A stretch of 63,978 nucleotides of DNA, counting the filler, from Corallochytrium limacisporum Hawaii (taxonomy: Eukaryota; Protista; Pluriformea): assembly GCA_002811645.1 (NCBI GenBank). It is 5 parts of 5 records of this genome, joined end to end, with 100 filler letters (N's around TTAATTAATTAA, not from the genome) between each part and the next. Parts side by side here need not be neighbours in the genome. Positions count along the whole stretch, not along the records: positions 1 to 12,399 come from PDIP01000185.1; 4 more parts are not named here. The stretch is one strand, 5' to 3'. Shown piece by piece: positions 1 to 12,499 of this stretch. Positions within the stretch are counted from its first letter, which is position 1. Each line of letters starts with the position of its first letter. Both the position numbers and the translations under genes were made by a program. Under the pieces are notes generated by a model. It was given only the letters and a program-made list of their open reading frames with translations, was not told the DNA's origin and made no database searches.

Positions 1-908
1 CCCCAACCCCAAAACTTGTGAGGAGAGTTTTAAGTGTCCTTTGCAGTTGATGGGTATCGCAATTGCTGACCTTATTTGAGCGCACCGTCATTTTCTCTGA
101 CTGAATGTAAGGAATATAGCATGGGGAATTCTGGTGCGGGGTATTCAATCATCCGATATGTCAAGTCCCCCGCAGAGCTTTTAGGAGCACCCATTTTGGC
201 TCTGATGGGACTGGTACCGTGTTTTGTTCCCGGCCTCAACAACACGTGGTTGCTGTGTACAGTAGTGCATATTGTCGTGCCACTGTGATAAAAGAGTGTA
301 TGTCCATCACTAGATGCTACTCACGACAATAGTTCCGCATTTTCTATATCGTATCACCGTGGTCTCAAGAACAATGCACCCTATGGCCCACTAGGTTCCA
401 TTCATCGCGACTAGATCTCTCCTGGAATACTAAAGTACCCTATCCCATTCTAAATCTCATACAGACGGTCGTCAAAACAAGGTTAACAAGAGGAATCACC
501 CAAGTGCAAGGCCCAAGCCTGTAGAATAAACCGCGAAGTCGTTTCAATCTATTGGATGTGCACGGCCAACATCTATGGCATTATGTTGATTGTCCTTTCA
601 TCACAACACACAATTTTCCTTGTGCCTAATCTTCCACTCGGCATTTTGTAGTTATACATATAGGTGCGAGAAAAAGGGAGAGTTTAGTGATATCAATTCT
701 TTGAGGACTCCATGAATATCATTTTTATTGTAAACTCTTGCTTATTGGCCAGATGAGTTGACTACAGTTATCATCTAGTTAAGGTTTTGGTGTAGTGGTT
801 TCGGAGTAGATTATTTGCCTGATGTGGTTGGCCTATTCGTCTGAAGTTCACTTCACACTGACAAGAACGTCATGTGCCTTTGGTAATTAGCCGGGTTGAT
901 TTCTTGAC

Positions 909-1217
909 CTACTTGCAATTCCAGCAACCATTAGATTCTTCTGTACAACCACCGACTTCGACACAAACCATTTCACAGAGGTGTTTGGAAGTGGTCATGC
1001 ATCCAAGATTACCAAGATTCACTTCGGCAGCAGGTGCTTGGGCAATTATGGGTTTAGGCTCATCAGCACCATTACCGAGTTCTACATATTCTGTTTTCTC
1101 GACACCATCCTTAGTAGCATCTGGAAGATGCTGGTCAGTGTCTGAGGATCCGAGTGGAGCTCCGTTGATCATGTCAACGAGCCCGGCGGCAGCAATAGCG
1201 AAAATGAACTTTACCAT
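909..1217 (-). CDS. Small secreted Cys-rich prepropeptide (defensin-like)
   Basis: ATG start; hydrophobic N-terminus MVKFIFAIAAAGLVDMING|AP; acidic pro-like segment; C-terminal 6-Cys domain C-x7-C-x3-C-x5-C-x6-C-x2-C. Confidence 0.65.
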   Translation of the reverse strand: MVKFIFAIAAAGLVDMINGAPLGSSDTDQHLPDATKDGVEKTEYVELGNGADEPKPIIAQAPAAEVNLGNLGCMTTSKHLCEMVCVEVGGCTEESNGCWNCK

Positions 1218-2927
1218 ACTTTAATCATGGGATTTCTTTGAGCAATTGATTTCGGCTATTGGATCAGTCGATGTGGGACTTTATTGCACAGTGTCTTAAG
1301 TACCACATTGCCATCTAATGTCGCGACCTTACGTTTTGAATCTCTAGAAGTATTCCGTTGAATCCATGGTAGCTATGTGCTAACGTTGAGACACGCAACT
1401 TGACAATCTGCTCAGGACAATGAGATTGGGACGAGATGCTGCGTTCTAGGTCAACGTTGGTAGGATTACATGAACGGATCTAACCACAACGCAGCAACAG
1501 CTATACACACTTGATAAGGAGAAGGAAGTGCATGGTCAACAGCTGTATTTCCGTGGAAGCATGTCAAAGCACGAGAGAATGGAAACGAAATGAAGAACCC
1601 TTCATATGTACTTGATACAAAATCTTCTGTTTCAAGTCATTTGTGGTCGCATTGACAACTCACTACGAAGTCGTATCATCTCGGAAACTGAGTTTCCAGT
1701 TAGTGAAGGGTGCACGCCCTCTCAACGAATATCGAAGTTTATCACTATCTGTTCTCACCACAAACAGAAATCTTAGGTGCTACAAAATTTTTTGCCATTT
1801 ATGCTCTAAACTACCGCCAGGAGCCCGTGTCTCCTGAGAATGGGAATATGTCCGGAACGCATTCCATTGGAGGGCGAATGTACCTAAACCTTCCACGTCA
1901 AATTTGATCGATAGTGTGGGGCTGCGCGATATTGAAGTTCCCGTCGTGAAAATTTCAAAGGAACAAAATGTAATATTGTGGAAATCCTGGTCGTAGGCAC
2001 GGAGGTCGAAGGTCACTGCGCAAGAGCAAGCTAGGGGGCAGGGGGGAAGCGACCGCACCCGTCTGCCAAGGACCGGTGATTGAGTGGCGCGAACACTCAC
2101 CATGATGGTTCATGTCAACAGTTTTGACATATTGGATCAATATCTCGGAGCATCTTTCAAGTCCGCAGATTGGACCAGAGTCTAAGTCTGCTGACGAGTC
2201 GGTAGGAAAGCGTGTGCATATTTGCGAGCACGACAAGAATTTAGTACTACGTTCTGCACTATCTCACTTGCAACCATTAAGTAACTTAAAGCGGTACGAG
2301 GATGAGTAGCACCATGACTGAGAAACAACCCAGAATTATGTACGCGGAGTATTGTCGTGTTACACACATGCTAATACTCACACTATATTATGGGACCTTA
2401 TCCCACAGGTGTCCGGACGCAGGTGACGTCAGAGTATTGGATCATCGTATATCACGACCACCACCCCTTTGAGGAACCGAAGTTTGAATGTACCAGTTAC
2501 GCTGCACGAACACTCGTGGCTTAAAATGTGCATACGCCGTGTAAGGCCGTTCTGCCCTTGTCTGCGCGAGGAAAGGCCTTTCTTGTGGGTAGCAGACGTG
2601 TCCGGCGCACACTCCTAAAAACCTAATCGTTATCGCTTCGCGTATGGTGGCAACGATTCGGGCTAAATGTGATCAGCTGGAGCAAAACAAAATCGCTATC
2701 CACCGACCGCCGCATGTCCAGCTCTCGATGACCGGATCATTGAGAGTCTCGAATACTCAGATTGTAACGGTTCGGTCGCTATGACTTGATATTTTTGATG
2801 CACTGATTGTTCAATGGAATGGCTTTGTAAATACGTCTCTAGATGATGTACTGGTTGAGTAGTGATGACAGCATGACTATTTTAAACGCTTTATCACTGA
2901 ACGCGTACAGACATGACGTTCTGACTA

Positions 2928-4688
2928 CTAAATGACACCGGCAGCCAAGACTGAAAATACGATGACTGCAAGCATACCGAGCCATGCAAATGAGAGATAC
3001 ATCCCCGGCCGGGCAAATGGCTTTCCTTCCTTTTCAAGTTTGTCCCGCAGACTACGATAGTGTTTCATGGTCGATATACGGTCCACCGTAAACTTACCAA
3101 ACCATTCTGAGATGGCATTGGACTGCGTAGGGACGTTGATGCGCATCTCGGTCAGCATGTCCTTGATAAGTAAACTGGCCCCAACGACGTAGAGACCGCT
3201 ATCACCCCTTCCAAGTTCCAGATATCTGGTGTACTCCACACGCTCCTCAATTTCCTTTCGCAATTGGGCTTGCTTTTTTAAGTTTGTGGCACAGGAAGAG
3301 ATTTGGGGCAGCTTTCCACGCCAGAGGTCAGACACCCACATAGCATTGACATCTGCGTAGTGACAACTGGTCATGCTCCATCCAGTCAGACCGAAGCAAA
3401 TCGTTGGATCCGACGGCGGCATGGTCAAGTTATATAGACGCCATTGTTTCCCGCAGTTAATAGGATGCACATTGGTAACGTTATCTTTCTTCTCTGTGGT
3501 TGGCACACCAAGCTCCAGGCACAATTCGTTGTCCAGGAATGGATAGGACGTGAGGAAGCCAGTTGCGGCAACAACAACATCAAACTTGTCACTGGTGCCG
3601 TCACTAAAGTTTACTTGGCCAGATTCAGGACCAAAGGATTCAATTTGAACACCTTTCTTGACATTCCAGACCTCCTGTTTACAGAGTTTGAACCATTCCC
3701 GGGCCGGGCTGCCGATTCCGTGAATTTGAGGGAGAATTTCTCCTTCCGGACAGCAGGGGGCGTACGTACCGTCTTCCTTTAGATATGGTTTCTTCATCTC
3801 CTCCGAGATAGCATGCCAAAATGTCTCCTTGCACTTCCTCCCGAGAGATGTCTTCTGAAGAAACTTCTTCCACGCTGGCTGGCCTGGTCCAACTGGCCAA
3901 TCGTATGTAGACTCTGTGGCGCAAGTCATGATGATCCTTTCCCCACTGAGACCGAAAAGACTGTTTGGCACGGCCCATCCCATGGTCCTGAAGTTTATGG
4001 TCGGTTTGTACTGTTCATTGCCTGCGTTAACCGTGCAGCAGTAAACAATGAGATCCTGTGCAGATTTACCGGCACCTACGACCAGAACCTTCTTATTCTT
4101 TACCTGATCTGGGGATCTTACTTCGGTAGAGTGTATCAACTGAGGGGCTCCCACTATGTCAGAGCCCTTGATCTTGGGTAGGTTGGGCTGAGAGAAAGTT
4201 CCTGTAGAAACGTAAACAAAGTCTGCATACTCGACTTGTTCATCTCCCCAAGTCTGAGCATCACAATGAGTGATAATCCAACGGCTGGTAGAAGAATTCA
4301 GGCTAGAACTCGATGTTCCGCTGGGTAGACTTGGGGACGAAGATTGACTACCGCATTCACGCTCTACTCTCGTGACGAATCGACCCAAGCGTATCCTTCG
4401 ACGAAGTTCGAATTTATCCACGTATTTGTTAAAGTAATCCATCATTTCCTTCTGTGATATTGTAACTTCATCGTTTGCAGGTTTAGGCATGCTCAAATCG
4501 CAAAGGTGGTAGGTGGGCCACGGATTGTTTGTGCGAAGGTCACAGTAGGCGCTATTATGCCAGACGCCACCAAATGAATCACTTCCTTCGTATGCGACCA
4601 CTTCAAAACCGTCATCTGAGAAATGCTTCATGGCTGCTATACCGGCAACACCGGCACCGATGACGACTACTTTACCAGGAGAGTTCAT
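2928..4688 (-). CDS. Flavin-containing monooxygenase (class B FMO) with C-terminal membrane anchor
   Basis: FAD motif VVIGAGVAG, GGVW, STGTFSQPNLP, variant FMO signature IKG...IHSTE, NADPH motif VVGAGKSAQD, ATGF, hydrophobic C-terminal helix. Confidence 0.93.
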   Translation of the reverse strand: MNSPGKVVVIGAGVAGIAAMKHFSDDGFEVVAYEGSDSFGGVWHNSAYCDLRTNNPWPTYHLCDLSMPKPANDEVTISQKEMMDYFNKYVDKFELRRRIRLGRFVTRVERECGSQSSSPSLPSGTSSSSLNSSTSRWIITHCDAQTWGDEQVEYADFVYVSTGTFSQPNLPKIKGSDIVGAPQLIHSTEVRSPDQVKNKKVLVVGAGKSAQDLIVYCCTVNAGNEQYKPTINFRTMGWAVPNSLFGLSGERIIMTCATESTYDWPVGPGQPAWKKFLQKTSLGRKCKETFWHAISEEMKKPYLKEDGTYAPCCPEGEILPQIHGIGSPAREWFKLCKQEVWNVKKGVQIESFGPESGQVNFSDGTSDKFDVVVAATGFLTSYPFLDNELCLELGVPTTEKKDNVTNVHPINCGKQWRLYNLTMPPSDPTICFGLTGWSMTSCHYADVNAMWVSDLWRGKLPQISSCATNLKKQAQLRKEIEERVEYTRYLELGRGDSGLYVVGASLLIKDMLTEMRINVPTQSNAISEWFGKFTVDRISTMKHYRSLRDKLEKEGKPFARPGMYLSFAWLGMLAVIVFSVLAAGVI

Positions 4689-7600
4689 GGCTGTGCTAGT
4701 GCTTAAAATAGTGAATTGTCTTCTGATATAAATTTGATCCTACTTGGCTTACCCGTGCAGGAAGAATGTTTTCAAATACCACGAGACAATATACTCTCTA
4801 TCTGTTCAGTTTAATGCAAATGCCCTGCAGAACCTGTTTTCTGCATTTGTTGCTCGACTTCATCTGTAGTAGCAGGGTACATCCAGCCTGTCGCACACAA
4901 TCGGTGAATTCGATCCTGTCTTCTCGCCATGGAAATAACCTACGTTTTCCTCCCCTTCCCTACTCTGTGGAGCACTCCTGTACTGCCACTATAGTTGGTT
5001 TAGTAGGGGACAATGGGTTTTTTTTTTTGCAAAAGCATTCTACTGTCTTCTACACTTTGAAGCGAACCATACTACCACTCGTATGTCCTGTCGCCCTCCC
5101 CTTCCGTTTCTCCCATTTTTCAGGTCCACGCTTTTGCAAAATTACCGCCGTTTGGGACAAAACACCATGCTTGCGGCATATTGTGGTGGAGAACAGCGCA
5201 TATATTCGGGTCATTAATGAAGTGATTTAAAGCAAAAAATGTTAATTTTGGTAAGTCACGGTAGCGTACTGGGTCTATATCTCTTGTCAGTAGGGATTGT
5301 TAGCCGCCCGCTCATTTATAGATGGCGGACTTGGTACCCGTCCCCCGCTTTCTCCTCAATCAGCTTTTAGTTGCAAGAATGTTACATCGGCAGTCAGTGG
5401 AGAGCTACAGTAATTGAATCGTAAGAGGGCAAGTCAGAGTATGGCCCATCTCAGTCATCTACTACTAACACTATACGAACACTCCCTCTTCTTGCTTTCG
5501 CAAGTCCCTCATACTACCCCGCACCCGCTTGTGCGGACCAAAATATAGCACTCGGGTCGGCAAGTCATTGCAGTTGCGACGAAAAAACTTTGCACAGAAG
5601 TTTCCAATTTTCTTTCCTTTTGGGGTAGGTAGCCGCTCAAGGCCAAATTTCACCGGAGTGAACTGAGCCGCAGTCTGAAAAACCTTGGCGATGGTCGGGT
5701 CGGTGACACGTCGGAGTGATCTACTAGTGCGCTCCTGATCAGTGCGGTTAGGACTTTCGGTAGCGGGAAAAACTAAGAAATCGGAAACCCCACAGCGACC
5801 CTCCTGTTTCAGCCAACCGGGACACATATGTCGTGCTCACCACGCACCCTGATTGAGCACTCGCCACCTCCGGCAAAGGTCGGATAGGGCTGTGAACCAC
5901 GAATCTTGGATCAATACCTACAGTTGGTTGAGAATAAATGAATGTATTTATTGGTCTCAAATGTGCGGCCTACTGTATTTCGAGGTGTCACTGAACTGGA
6001 GTTTATTGCGAAACCAGGGTGAAATTCCCTTTCAATCGTTGGACGCTCGCTCTCGCCCTCTCCCCTTGGCACTGTTGCTTGCTGTGTTCGCCGATGCTAG
6101 TGGCCTTAGGATCGAGTTCCGGGGAAAGAACATCGAGCAACTCATAGTTATTTCAAGTAACCGTTTCACTGCGGGTGGCGCAAGCAAAAAACGACCAGTG
6201 CAATTCTATTGGCACCAATTGGTCTGGCTGGGAGGCGGGCCCAGCGCACTTGTGGTTTTCCACCTCGCTCACCATTGCAAAACAATCGACTACAAGCCCC
6301 CTGTCGTATTCTCAGCTGGAGGAACAACTGGTTCTCCAGATTTGCTTGTCTACCCTGTAGACCTGTGGGCGCTGCCTGGAGGCAAGCGCGATCAGACCAG
6401 TGGTGTCTGCGCTCAGGCACATGTATATTCGTTAATGAGTTTTTACTTCAAATCGTAGTGCTGCCCAAACCTATGGCCGACTTTGTACCATTGGATACCC
6501 CGTGACTTTTAGATGCCTCCGGTCTATACCACCGCCTCCTTAGCCTCACACGAGTCTGCTGTCGTTCATCATTTTTTAGCACCCTAGGTGAGAATACGCT
6601 GCCATTCGGGAACTCAAAAGCACACAAATTTTCACCATTTCGGGTGTACCGTAGTACGTACCCTTCTGACTAAATCTTTGGAACCATTGGTACCGCACCA
6701 ATATACTGCAAGAGCCCATACCATCAATTTCAACCGTCTATAGACCTGGTGCCTGTGACCTGTTATCCCCATTCGCTCTCCTGGTGGGTTCTCACCTATA
6801 CATGTGTTGCCGTGTCAGTATTGCAGGCCAAGCAAGAAAATTTAGAGGTTTAGGGTGCTTGTGAAATAGCCAATCGGAGACCCCACAGGATCGAACCGCT
6901 CGTACAGGGCTCTAGTATGTCTGGTGAACACCGTCATCAAATTTCAGATCAACCCACGAGCAGAGCAAATGAATTCATGGAGGCCTACAATTCAGGAGGG
7001 GAACTGACCACCGACTTGCTAAAGTCAAGGGACCATCTCATGCAACGCTCGCTACGTCGCGGGTTTTATCCACCCCGGAAGTTCCTGACCTGCGACTCTT
7101 CAGCCGGGCCAACGGATAATCCAAGACCAACCAATTGTGGCTTTGCCATATTTTGGCCGACTCCCAGGGCGTCACTGGGGACGGAACTGCTTGCCAACCG
7201 CTTCGGCAGCAGCCTGGCTGCTTGTCAGAGCAGCATCACAGACAAAATATCGGCGACACCATAAGCAGCAAGGCTCGAGATTGTTTACCATGGTTGAAGA
7301 CACTCTGTGAAACAATGGTAGCTATCCAAAGTGAGCTTTGGTGATGATTTCAGGCGCGCTGTAGTACATACTGTCGATGTCTCATCATCCCTGCAGGGCT
7401 GTAGGGCAGTAGAACTCTCTTAACTATGGTTTGATTGGCCGATCGTGTGAGCAGAAAGGAGACATAGAAAGTCCACCTTCAAAATCGATGGCTGTTGGCT
7501 GCTGTTACAATACCAATCCCACTGCCATGATGGTATCCGAGATTTGACGACGTAGATGATTGCTCGATGGCCAGGAGCGAGCACTACCCCCAGAACCCCC

Positions 7601-10057
7601 AAGAATACAGTGGTTGTATGTCCGAGGTTTTGGTCACAGCCTCGGCTGCCTAGGGACTTGTGAGCTTACAGGAAAACAGCCAGTTCACGGAGACTTGAAA
7701 CATCAAAGGACATGCAATGAAACGCATGCAAACAACACAGCATTGATATCATGTGCGGCGTGTGAGGGGATCAGTTGCGGGGACGCTAGCCTGCCAATGG
7801 GAAAGTGTACATCTAGAGGATGCTTGGCCAAGGCTGAGTCGTCCCACTGTTGGGACTGGAATTCACTGCCAGATGTTCAGTTCCAAACTTCCCCTGCGTG
7901 CATATAATTGGCATAGATGCCAATCATCTCAGCGCTTTTTCAAGCTTCCCTTTCCCCGTTGACCTGGTAGGATTTTTCTGTGGAGAAGTGTACTCGCGTC
8001 AGCCTACGTTGGCTACGTAGGAAATCTTTGGTTAGAAAAGAAGGAAAGTAGCAGGCACAATCTGGATAGAATCGAGGAAGCCGGCCGAAACTGCATGTGC
8101 AGTTTCCGGCCTCTGCGCACGCACCTGCTGCGCAAAACCAAACCTTGCTATTGGAAGTCAAGACAGGCTGTGGCCATCCTGCCACTATGACACTTGGAAT
8201 CTGTACTAAGACATAACTTGGGTTTTCCTGGGTTTGGTTTGGAATCATATTGATGTCGTCAATTCCGAAGCGTATTATATTTCCGTTCTACGCATTACTT
8301 GGCACCAAGAAATCTATCTCACACATTGTCTAACGGCTGGGTGCTAAGGCATTTGTTCCGAGGAGAATAAGACGTCGCCAGCTGCGCTCTAGTAAGGGCT
8401 TAGATTCTTGTTACAAGAGGATCTTTTGGGGCAAGGGTTCGCGGGGGGTTCCTCGATGATCGACTGAGCACACGCATAGCGTCCTATCTACGTCAAACGA
8501 GCGATCCACACCCAGCAAATCCTCCCATTAGCTTTAACATGTCCTGATATATCTTGCGGCTCTCTTACGCTGTAAAGCATCGCATGCGTTGCTGATCTGT
8601 CATGTATGACTTCTCTCCTAGTAGGACACGAAATACAGTGATCGCGGTTTCAGCTCCCCATGAAACGAACGGTTGGGACGCGGCGCCGCTTGCAGCGCCC
8701 AAACGCCCTAAGTCAGGACACCTCTGAATTTTTCCAGGTGTTACGATTTTCGCTCGCACACAAATGACTTAACTCCACTGACTCCATTTTCCTTGCATCA
8801 CTAGCAACCACGAAGGCAAACGATTTTACGCGCTTTGTGACGAGATTGCGACGAAGTTCCGGTGCACGCAAGCGCAAAACGGCCGGGGGTGCAAGAGTAT
8901 GTTGTTTCCCTACGTGTTGCATTACCTAATAAAGTTTTCTGGCCACACCGCGCGGATGCCTCTCCACACAGCTGCGCCAGTCCTGCTCCAACCCGGAGCT
9001 AATCATTGGGTCAACAAAGTATTGGTATGTGAGGAAGCAATGGGGGAAAAGAAGTACGGAAACTCAAACCACTTCGACCAAATTGGAGGGAAGCCATATG
9101 GTAGACAGTATGGCCCCGCACCTTGGATTGGAACCTGGCGTGTGGCTTCCCTAGGGGCCCGGGGTGAGTGGTGAAGATCTGGTTACTGTGTGCTCTGTCG
9201 CAAATAAGTTTGAGAGGGGCCCGTAGCAGGAGTATCAGTAGGTGGTGCACACCGCCTAGAAGGGACACAACGACCCGTGACGATCTATCCTTGACGGGAC
9301 AATTGACACGGGGGCTGGGAGACAAACAGATGGCGTTGTTTCACAATAAACTCGACGGTCTACCGCTGTCTTGTTCCGTTGTCTCCTGTATGTATGTTGC
9401 ACAAGTAGAGCGCACCCGTTCGCCGTACAGTGGATGACGTCGCCTGTGGGCTTTTTTTAGCGGGGAACGAATATAGGTGGATGTCACAATAGTGACGATT
9501 GTTATCCCGTTTTCCAGGAATCTGCAGGCGACCACTGAACTGTTAGTCTGATGTGCCAGTGTAATCAATTTTGCTATCGGGGCAGGAGGAGCTACGGGTA
9601 AAGCTAAGTGATAAATAGAGCCCTGACGTGCTGAGCACACGGAATCATTGGACCTTCCACTGTCAGCACGCCGCAGGGCCGGAGTACACGCAACTTCTTC
9701 GTCACTAAGGTCGCATAAGACCCGCTAACGAATGCTTCAACGTAGCTATCACATGCGGAATGTGCCCCACACGTTGCTCCTCTGTGTGCACAATGACCAA
9801 CATGGCCATGCTCATAGCGGAATCGGTGCACAAAGGATAGATTTGGACTCTGTGATGAAAAGGCGGGACGATCCATCTGCGGCATGCGAGATATTGGAAA
9901 TCCATACTGACAACCTGCCCTACTATAATGGTTGAGTGTGATGTCGTTTTGGGACAAGGACCATTTCCAGCTTCTCGTACGGACGAGCCCACACAAAACC
10001 TTGATAAACCCAAAGTGTCTGGCCCCAAATCAGTAGCTTCCAAAACTACGGATCTCA

Positions 10058-12022
10058 TCAGTTGTGCGCCTGCATAGATCCACTCTCCGCCCCGTCTAGT
10101 GGGTTGATGTGCACATTGATGATCGCGGGCCTATTTGGAGTGCCTCGTTCTACGTGCTCCCGCCAGCGTTCTACGAGAATGGTCATACGATGATAGAGGT
10201 CGTCGTAGGTGCCTACATCGTAGCCCTCCAGACCCAATGCACTAGCCAAGAGATCGTAGCGCGAGTCGCCTAAATCGGTCACAGCCGGTACCCCTTCTCT
10301 CTGGCTCGGGTTCTGGCCACCGTAGACGCCCTGATTGTTGAAGATACAGATGATCACATTCGATCGGACGTACCGTCCTAGAGTCTCGCAGTCCATGCCA
10401 CTGAACCCAAAGGAGGAGTCCCCCAGGACTGCGACAACCAAACGGTGCTCACCGGAGGCGCTGTCTGGTCCAGAAAAGAAGTACGACGCTGCGAAGGTTT
10501 GACCCATGGCCAGTCCCATCGTTCCCTGCACGCCGGCATCGATCCGACCCAAAGGTCCTACACCAGCGGGCAGTTGGACCCGGCCAAGGTCCATGGTATT
10601 CGCCCCTTCGTTGACGATCACAAGCCTGCCCACCTCGGGAGTGATGGAATTGGCAATCGCTTGCAGCGCTGGCGTGAAGTTCATGTGGACGGGCTTGGAG
10701 CCATTGGCAGCAGCGGACTGGTCCTTGTTCTCCTGCACAGCCCGCGAGAACTTTGTGGCCGCTTTGCTGATATTGGTGTTCGCTTTTTCACGCACAGCTG
10801 CCAGCCACGCTTCGTCCACATGCGCATCGCGCGTTAGGAGCTTGACAGTATGTCTTGCCGCACCAACACCAACCATTCTAACTCGGCTGGCTAGCTCCGT
10901 GATCGCGGCAACGAATGTAGGCGATTCTAATGTGGATCCCTTGCGCTGGTCCAGCCAGAGCTGCTGATCCGTTTTCCCGGCGTCTTTGGCATCGTCGTCA
11001 CTGCAGTACGCACTGACGTGCAGAAAACGCGCCTTGGGATTCCATCGCGGCGGAATGCCAAAGTGCAGCTGCCAGTTCAACCGCGCACCAAGAAGGATAA
11101 CTAAATTGCTCTCCTTGAGCACTTTGCTTCTGGCGGCGCTTGCGTCGAAAATACCCTTGTCTTCCTCGTCGAGGCCGTGCATCACGCCCTTCAGCTGGGG
11201 CAAAGGAAGGACAGGGACCGACACTGGGAAATAGCCCGCAAGGTATTCATGGACAGTGCCATCCTTGAGGTCCCAGGCACTGAATTCCTCGCCAAGGACA
11301 ATGAGCGGGCAGATCGGCTCCGAGGAAGGCAAAGCCATGCTTGGGTCCGTGACAACGGTTCCATTCTCCACAAATTCACTGGCCCTTTGTTCCCGAAGGA
11401 CAACGTTGTTAATTTCCGGTTCAGAGATGGCATCCACTTGTGCCGCGGTAAGAATCTCTTGCGGTAGGCTCATTCGCAAGACATTTGCGGGCAGGTCCAG
11501 GTACACCGGCCCTGGTACGCCTGTCACAAGGGCCCGCAGACAGTTTTGGATCGCTGGAATCACCTCTTCCGCGTTGGTAGGTTGCTCACAGTGCTTCACC
11601 AGCGGCCGTGCGCTTGCCATTTGATCCATTTCCTGGAAGGCACCGAGGCCGATCTCATCGATGCTACATGCGCCGCTAATTAGCAGCAAGGGCATTCGAT
11701 TGGATTTGGCATGATGTAGGGCACCAAGAGCATGCGCAAACCCAGGGCCGCTGACCGTTAGCATCACCCCAAACTTACCGCCGTTCGTTTGCTGTCCCTG
11801 TTGCTGCGATCTATTCTTGCTTCCTCGCTGCAGCATGTATCCGTATTCACACGCTGCGTATCCCGCAGACTGTTCATTTCGGAAGGAAATAAAATCGGCG
11901 CCAAGGCGCTGCATACACTCAGCCAGGCGGGTCACCGGAATACCCGGTACTCCAAAGACGACATCGACCCCACTGTTGATCAGCACCTGGGAAACGACCT
12001 CGTTTATGCTAACTTCTGCCAT
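10058..12022 (-). CDS. TPP-dependent 2-hydroxyacyl-CoA lyase / oxalyl-CoA decarboxylase family enzyme
   Basis: VFGVPGIPV, catalytic RNEQSAGYAA, LGARLNWQLHFG, VNEGANTMDLGR, DAGVQGTMG, TPP motif GDSSFGFSG...NN. Confidence 0.92.
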   Translation of the reverse strand: MAEVSINEVVSQVLINSGVDVVFGVPGIPVTRLAECMQRLGADFISFRNEQSAGYAACEYGYMLQRGSKNRSQQQGQQTNGGKFGVMLTVSGPGFAHALGALHHAKSNRMPLLLISGACSIDEIGLGAFQEMDQMASARPLVKHCEQPTNAEEVIPAIQNCLRALVTGVPGPVYLDLPANVLRMSLPQEILTAAQVDAISEPEINNVVLREQRASEFVENGTVVTDPSMALPSSEPICPLIVLGEEFSAWDLKDGTVHEYLAGYFPVSVPVLPLPQLKGVMHGLDEEDKGIFDASAARSKVLKESNLVILLGARLNWQLHFGIPPRWNPKARFLHVSAYCSDDDAKDAGKTDQQLWLDQRKGSTLESPTFVAAITELASRVRMVGVGAARHTVKLLTRDAHVDEAWLAAVREKANTNISKAATKFSRAVQENKDQSAAANGSKPVHMNFTPALQAIANSITPEVGRLVIVNEGANTMDLGRVQLPAGVGPLGRIDAGVQGTMGLAMGQTFAASYFFSGPDSASGEHRLVVAVLGDSSFGFSGMDCETLGRYVRSNVIICIFNNQGVYGGQNPSQREGVPAVTDLGDSRYDLLASALGLEGYDVGTYDDLYHRMTILVERWREHVERGTPNRPAIINVHINPLDGAESGSMQAHN

Positions 12023-12399
12023 GGGTGTGTCCGTTTGTGAGAGAGAGAGTGTGTGTACGTGCTTAGCTACGCTTTTCTTGTTCCTGTTCCGGTTGTGTAT
12101 TTCACCAACACAGTCTACATCTTCTACCTATTTTACAGATCTATGCAAACCTCTTTCAAAGCCTTGCCCAATACATTAGATACCATGCAACAGATCAAAC
12201 CAATGGTGAACACCACCCGAGCTCCCGAGTAACCATTTGCTTACATGGATTACGAGATCCCGGTGACGTTAGCGGGGCCGGTCCCCCGCCCCAAAATAAG
12301 AATATTTTTGTGTTGAAACCCGCAGCGGGCCCGTCGTTTCTCTCACGCCCCAGGTACATTAACTATGAATATATGGGGGTCTAATTCTCCCCCCCCCCC

Positions 12400-12499
12400 N
12401 NNNNNNNNNNNNNNNNNNNNNNNNNNNNNNNNNNNNNNNNNNNTTAATTAATTAANNNNNNNNNNNNNNNNNNNNNNNNNNNNNNNNNNNNNNNNNNNN
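12400..12499. other. Assembly gap spacer
   Basis: 100 nt of N with a central TTAATTAATTAA (stops in all six frames); identical format at four places. Confidence 0.97.

Noticed and set aside
1-14. Telomere-like CCCCAACCCCAAAA
   Set aside because: Only two imperfect units at the window edge.
2560-2597. Hairpin GTCTGC...AAAGGCCTTT...GCAGAC as an ncRNA
   Set aside because: Imperfect, short and without any recognisable RNA-family motif.
5853-6458. 201-aa ORF as a real gene
   Set aside because: Non-ATG start and no recognisable domain; covered under the unexplained island finding.
12444-12455. Recurrent TTAATTAATTAA palindrome as a biological repeat or recombination site
   Set aside because: Always centred in exactly 100-nt N blocks; an artificial six-frame-stop linker.
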